Shown: piece by piece, positions 58,251 to 64,000 of the stretch
Layout of the letters: every line of letters begins with the position of its first letter
How positions within the stretch are numbered: the stretch's first letter is position 1
From: Oikopleura dioica
Lineage: Eukaryota; Animalia; Chordata
Assembly: GCA_907165135.1 (NCBI GenBank)
Contig: OU015569.1
Coordinates: 9,176,001-9,240,000, forward strand
DNA: 64,000 nt
Direction of reading: 5' to 3'
Program-made: the position numbers and the translations under genes
Notes under the pieces: model-generated
What the model was told of the DNA's origin: nothing
The model's database searches: none
What the model saw: only the letters and a program-made list of their open reading frames with translations

Positions 58251-60491
58251 ATGGAAAATCTCACCCTCGAAGAAAGGGTTTCTTTACTGGAAGATGTTAG
58301 TAGGGCCAATATGAAGAGCATAAATGAGGTAGGCCGCACGTTTCTGATAGAGATTTCTCCTTCAAGTAACGAAGATTGATAATTAATTTTGATTAACGGA
58401 AATATTTTTCGATTAAACAATTTATTCCTTTTCAATTTCAAACATAAAGAACATCTGTTGTTGGACTTTTTCAACACAAACTCGTTCCCAGCGTGTGAAT
58501 AGAAAGAAGAAGGTACTATTTTAGTTTTTCTTGATTGTTCTTGGTGCCCTAATCATGTTCATGCAATGTGGTTTTGCGTTTCTCGAGGCTGGAGCTGTAC
58601 GGTCAAAAAATGTGGTGAATATTTTAATAAAAAATGTTCTTGACTGTTTTATTGGTGGAATCATTTACTGGGCAGTTGGGTTCGCCTTTGCTTATGGGGA
58701 TACGTCGCCGCCTTCTGCTGCAAATAAATTTATCGGCCATAAATACTTTTTCTCTGTGATGTCCGACGATTACGACAGTTTCCATGCGAATTGGTTTTTC
58801 CAGTTCGTTTTTGCTGCTACAGCTTCAACAATTGTCTCTGGAGCTGTTGCCGAACGAACTCAGTTCGGATCGTACTTGATCTACTCGACTATTATTACCG
58901 GATTCGTCTACCCTGTTGTCAGCCACTGGTGCTGGTCGGGCACTGGCTGGTTAACGGCAAGTGAAATTTCGTCTTTCAAATACTTGAGCTTGAGCTGTGA
59001 AACTGGAACCATGGAGTATGGGGATCCAATCGGTTTTAAAGACTTCGCCGGATCAGCTATTGTTCATTGCACAGGTTTTTGAATCTAGCGACGATGATTT
59101 TTTATAATTTTCAGGCGGAATCGCGGCACTCATGGGAGCTATTTTCATTGGCCCTAGAATCGGCAAGTTTTCAGAAGAAGGCAATCGACGAGTTTCAAAC
59201 GATATTCCCGGACATTCAGTTCCAATTGCTTCCCTTGGTGCTTTTATCCTCTTTCTCGGATTCTTGGCTTTCAATGGTGGATCTGTCTTGCAAATAGTTA
59301 ACGCTGATGGAACGAGTCTTGATGATCATGGCGAAGCTCTGGCTATTTCAGTCGTCAATACAATTATCGGCGGCGCAGCAGGCTCTATCTTCGCACTTGG
59401 ACTCAATATTTTAGTGCCAATGATCAAGGGAGAGCGATACTACTGGTCACTCCTTGTCTGCATCAACGGAGGCCTCGCTGGTATGGTTTCCATGTGCGCA
59501 GCCTGCAACGAGCTAAATACTGGAGCTGCTTTTGGAATTGGCGCCACCGCGGGAATGACTATGTACTGGATCAGGAAAGGAAAGCGAATATTATATTTTA
59601 ATGAAATTTTATCAATAATTGAATATAAATATGCGTTAACAGCGATGTCTTGCTCCAGTTCGGAATCGACGATCCGCTTGATGCTTTTGCCGTTCATTAT
59701 GGGTAAGATAACGATTTCTTATCAACACAGTAACAGTTGGTAGTGGCGGAGTTTGTGGAATTCTTCTTTCCCCTCTTTTCGCAGCTTACGGTATTGCCGC
59801 TTCTGCGAATTGTGCTGAGCAAAGAGAAGAGTTTCCACTCAAATGGGAGATTTGCGGCCTTGACCTTCCTGTTAATGAAGGTTCGTTTTTGAAGATAAAT
59901 TATTTTATATATATTTTTTTTTTGCAAATTTAGACGCTTTTAAATGTGACTATTCGGCCTATAAACAATTCACATGGAATCTTGTTGGACTCATTGCCAT
60001 CACGCTTTGGTCAGGAATCGTAGCCGGCGTAACTTTCGCCATCCTTTATTTCATGGATGTATTGAGGTTTGCTGATTTGGAATCAACAATGATTAAAACG
60101 ATTTTAGAGTTGACATGGATATTGAAGTGCGAGGCCTTGACATCAAGAAACACGGCGAGCCGGGATATCCTACTGCTGCTTATGGACACGGCTGGGACAT
60201 AGAGGGTGAAACTAACCCTGCAACAGGCGCAAGTTCTGGCGGAGATCATGGACGACGGTAAGTTATTAGTGTTGATGAGTGTTATAAACGTTTTAGGGAT
60301 ATCAAAACATTAGCTGGTGCGGGATTTCAAGACACTGTAGCGTCAGATGGGCTTATAGGTAAACACTCTCATGTTTAAGTATTAACTGGTCTATAGCTTT
60401 GGCGATCGGTTACCGAAGAAATCATTACAAGAACCCATCTTTCGCAACCGAAGAAACGCCTCCAAGTTCTCATCAAGCTGAAAGCAAATAG
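58251..60491 (+). CDS. amt: Ammonium transporter (Amt/Mep)
   Basis: FMQCGFAFLEAGAVRSKN, FFQFVFAAT...IVSGAVAER, YPVVSHWCW, DFAGSAIVH (His1), GFLAFNGGS, NGGLAGMV and IDDPLDAFAVH (His2). Confidence 0.97.
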
Positions 60492-60955
60492 ATTAAAATT
60501 TTCTGCCTCTGAAATACTAATATAATTCTTCTTTTTCTTCCGCGTGCTCTTGAGATCTAATTATGTTTGTCTGTTTGTTACTAATCTTGATTCAAAAGAA
60601 TGGAAATCTTCTAATAAAATTAGATATCGTTTTTTAAAATATTATTTTCTTCATATTTTCAAAGAGAGAGTGCATTATCGGTGTTATTTTAAAGAAAAAT
60701 AATCTCCTCAAATTACGCAAAGAGAAATTAATTGGCGGTAATTAAACAATGGATCCGTAAATGGCATAATCGTACTGGAAGGATCCATTGAAGACGGCCC
60801 TCTTCAAACAAAATCGAAATGTTTTGTAGGAACGCAAATAGAAACGACAGTGCTATTCACAAAGTGTATTGTCTTCTCGAATTTACAGACAAAAAGAAAA
60901 AGTTTTATTAAAAAAAAAGAAGAGAAAAACCTGAAATGAATAAGAAATCAACTGC

Positions 60956-63900
60956 ATGAAGGGTTTAGTATTCTTACTACTGTATAACACGGGGCAGGCC
61001 CAAGGTAAGTACAGTGTGAACTTATCATGAACATGTCAATCATGCTTCATTTCTGTGTGTTATAGTAAAAAATATTAGTTTTGTAAATTCATTGATTTTC
61101 CTTGAATTTTATGAAACTTGTTTTATACTATGGTGTGCTGTGTGTAATTGAAAATTTTGCAGATGGGTGTAGCAACACGGATACATACTGCCAAAATGCA
61201 ACTCTGGGTGATTCTTCGTGTGCTCATGTGTGTATTTGTGATCCATGTCCGGACAGTGGACAATTTACTCAAGGCATTTGCAGTAATTGCGTACTAGTCG
61301 CCGATTATAAAACAAGTGCATCTGGCTGCCCTGCTGGAACGTTTTGGCAACAAGGTCTGAAAGATTGTATAGATTGTCCAGAAGGGTTTTACTCATCCGC
61401 GGGTAAAGATAAATGCAGAATTTGTCCCGCAGGAAGTTCTTGTAATTCACAAGGCATAACTGGTTCTTGTGGAGCTAATCAAGTGTCCCCTGAAGGATTC
61501 CAAGACTGTTTAACGTGCCCGCCGAGTTTCGAACCAGATGGACAGGAAAAATGTGTCGAAAAAAGTGAAACGTGCAGTAATTCAAACAAGTACAAACCAT
61601 ACGATAGCCTTTGTATCAACACTCCGGCTGGTTATACTTCTGATGGATCAAATGGCTTAACGCAATGTCCCGATACACAGTATTCAACTGGTGCTAGTTC
61701 TTGCGTTGATTGTCCAGAAGGGAAAAAGTGCGACAGATATGGAGGTCAAGAAGACTGCCTTATTTCTGCAGGTTTATCTCCAAAGACTCCTGTTAGTACT
61801 ACTGGTTGCCAGCACTGTACGAGAGGAACAGACTGCACGACTCTTAGTGATTGTGGAGTTGGAAAACAATGGGATGAAACTTCGAAAATATGTGTTTCTA
61901 CTGATTGCGACAAAGGACCGTGTGATGGATCATTTCAATACAATTGCGATCCTGGGATGACTTTAATTGGAAACTTGTGTGAGCCTTGTCCTCTAGTTTT
62001 CAATTCTACGGGCCAAGTGAAAGGAGAAGTTGGAATATGTCCTCAGACAAAATGCCCTGCTGGATATGGTTTCTCGAGTGGAAGCTGCGAACTTTGTGAT
62101 GATAGTCATCATAGCGATGGATCAAGTGCTTGCCAAAGTTGTGATCTCCATGATAATCTGTACTGCCCGAATAGAGACGGAGTCCCAGTTGAATGTCCGA
62201 CTGGTTACTACAAAAAACTATCGACTGACAAAACTTGTAGTCCCTGTCCAGAAGGTAATTCTTGCGATGCTCTTGGAGCAAGCCCTTGCGGACCTAATGA
62301 GTACTCATACGAAGGAGACTCTGTATGCCGAGCTTGCCTACCTGGGCATGAATGCAATAGCTCTACAGCAAAAATGTGTCGATATGGAGAGTATATAAAC
62401 GGAAATAGCTGCACGCCTTGTCCTAAAGGAAATGCGTGTCCGAATCCATGGGAAAATGAACAACCGTGTACTTGTAACGACGACGGATGTAACTTTCAAG
62501 ATGCAACTGGTCAAATTGAATGCAAACCTTGTCCAGCTGGAAAAACGTGCACTGAAAGCACTGCTAGTTCTTGTGCTTCTGGAAAATACTCTCTTGAAGG
62601 ACAAAAATCGTGTGAAAACTGTCCTCCCGGTTCAATGTGTCCAACAGCAGATTCACCTCCAGTGCCATGCGATCCTGGATATTATGCGCCGGCAAATAGT
62701 ATAGATTGCACAATATGTGACATCAATTGGTCGTGCGATAAAGAAGGGAAAACTGTAGCATGTGGACCTAATGAATACAGTCCTCTTGGTGTGTCAGAAT
62801 GCTTTCAATGCCCAAACGGTCATTCTTGTGGAACTGGAATACCTGTTCCTTGCTCACCAGGACAGTACTCATTGAATGGAGTGTGCACAAGCTGTTCAGC
62901 AGGAAACTACTGCCCGATTGGAAGTAACTCGCAAATCACTTGTCCAGTTGGTCATAAATGCCCTGCAAATGCCTTCGCACCAACATTGTGTCCCCCCGGA
63001 AAATTTCAAACTAATACTGGTCAATCAAGTTGTTCCGATTGCACACCAGGATATACATGCGATGGATACACGAAAAAAACATGTCCAGTTGGCCATTTTT
63101 GTATCGACTCGACAATTTCTCCGGTACCTTGCCCAAAAGGAGAATATCAAGATGAAACCGGTCAAACAGGTTGCAAAACTGGCGCTGCAGGATTTTATTG
63201 TCCTCCTGGCGCTATTGAATGCCATCTTTGCCCTGCTGGTTCTTATTGTAATAGCGGTACTAAAGCTAACTGTCCTGCAGGCAAATACTCTGAGGAAGAA
63301 GGTAGATCAAGTCAATGCGACGAGGAATGCCCTTTAGGACATTATTGTCCGGCTGGTACATCAAGTCCTTTCCCATGTCCTCCTGGTTTTTATCAAGACA
63401 CTATTGGGGAATCAAATTGTAAGCCTTGTCCCGATGGAAAATCATGCTCGTCTTCAGGATTAATTAAACCTGATAGAAGATGTGATCATGGTCATTTCTG
63501 TTCGAGCAGCAGTAATTATCCTAATTCGTGGGCACCATCAACAACATGGCGAGGTAATGCTGGAAACCCATCTACAATGTGTCCTGCAGGAAAATACAGT
63601 GCAAAGACTGATAATACTGGAGAATCTCAATGTGAAACTTGTCCTGCTGGATTTTACTGCTTCCCAGGCACTGGCAATGGCTTGATCAACCCAATAAAAT
63701 GCCCAGCGGGGTACTACTGCGAGGGGACTCAAGGTTTGGAAGTACGAGATGCTGATGGAAACGAAGTTGACATTCCATTTAAATTTCCCCTTGATCCTGC
63801 TTACGGAACAAAGCCGAGTTGGGAAACAGGAAGCGGCGAAAATTACCGACCAAGAGGTTGTCTTGCTGGAACTTGGAGTAATCAAACTGGGGTATCTGAT

Positions 63901-64000
63901 CCTAATGAGTGTTGGGTGTGTGAACAGGGCTGGATGTGCACATTCGGTACGAATCAGCTCGACCAAGGTGACGTTGTTGATTTGATAGAACTGCCAGCGC
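60956..64000 (+). CDS. Large secreted Cys-rich repeat protein (GCC2/GCC3, ephrin-receptor-like repeats), 3'-truncated by the window
   Basis: Signal exon MKGLVFLLLYNTGQAQ, then one apparently uninterrupted exon from 61163 to the window end with repeated CPxGxYCPxG / CxxCPxG motifs. Confidence 0.85.

Overview
Eukaryotic, very compact tunicate-type DNA, most likely the larvacean Oikopleura dioica. This is inferred from dense genes, 35-60 nt introns, several GA-AG/GC-AG introns and a Tor-like Ty3/gypsy element. Confidently recognised genes: a divergent actin, an LRR protein, a voltage-gated calcium channel alpha1 of the Cav2 type (EEEE filter), Cdc42, HP1/Cbx, an astacin protease, a transglutaminase, a class B GPCR, Ric-8, RXR, an Amt ammonium transporter and a large Cys-rich secreted protein running off the right end. 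Mobile DNA: a 4.0-kb internally deleted LTR retrotransposon with identical 233-bp LTRs and a 5-bp TSD, a Tc1-type MITE, a hAT-type MITE and a foldback-like element. Highlights: (1) the LTR element sits inside the first coding exon of a small intron-containing gene that can be rebuilt across the empty site and resembles a mainly microbial DUF family; (2) an 18-nt microexon in the Cav2 DIV S3-S4 linker, where vertebrates have the regulated exon 31a; (3) an RXR whose ligand-binding and AF-2 residues are replaced. All exon boundaries were inferred by eye, without tools.
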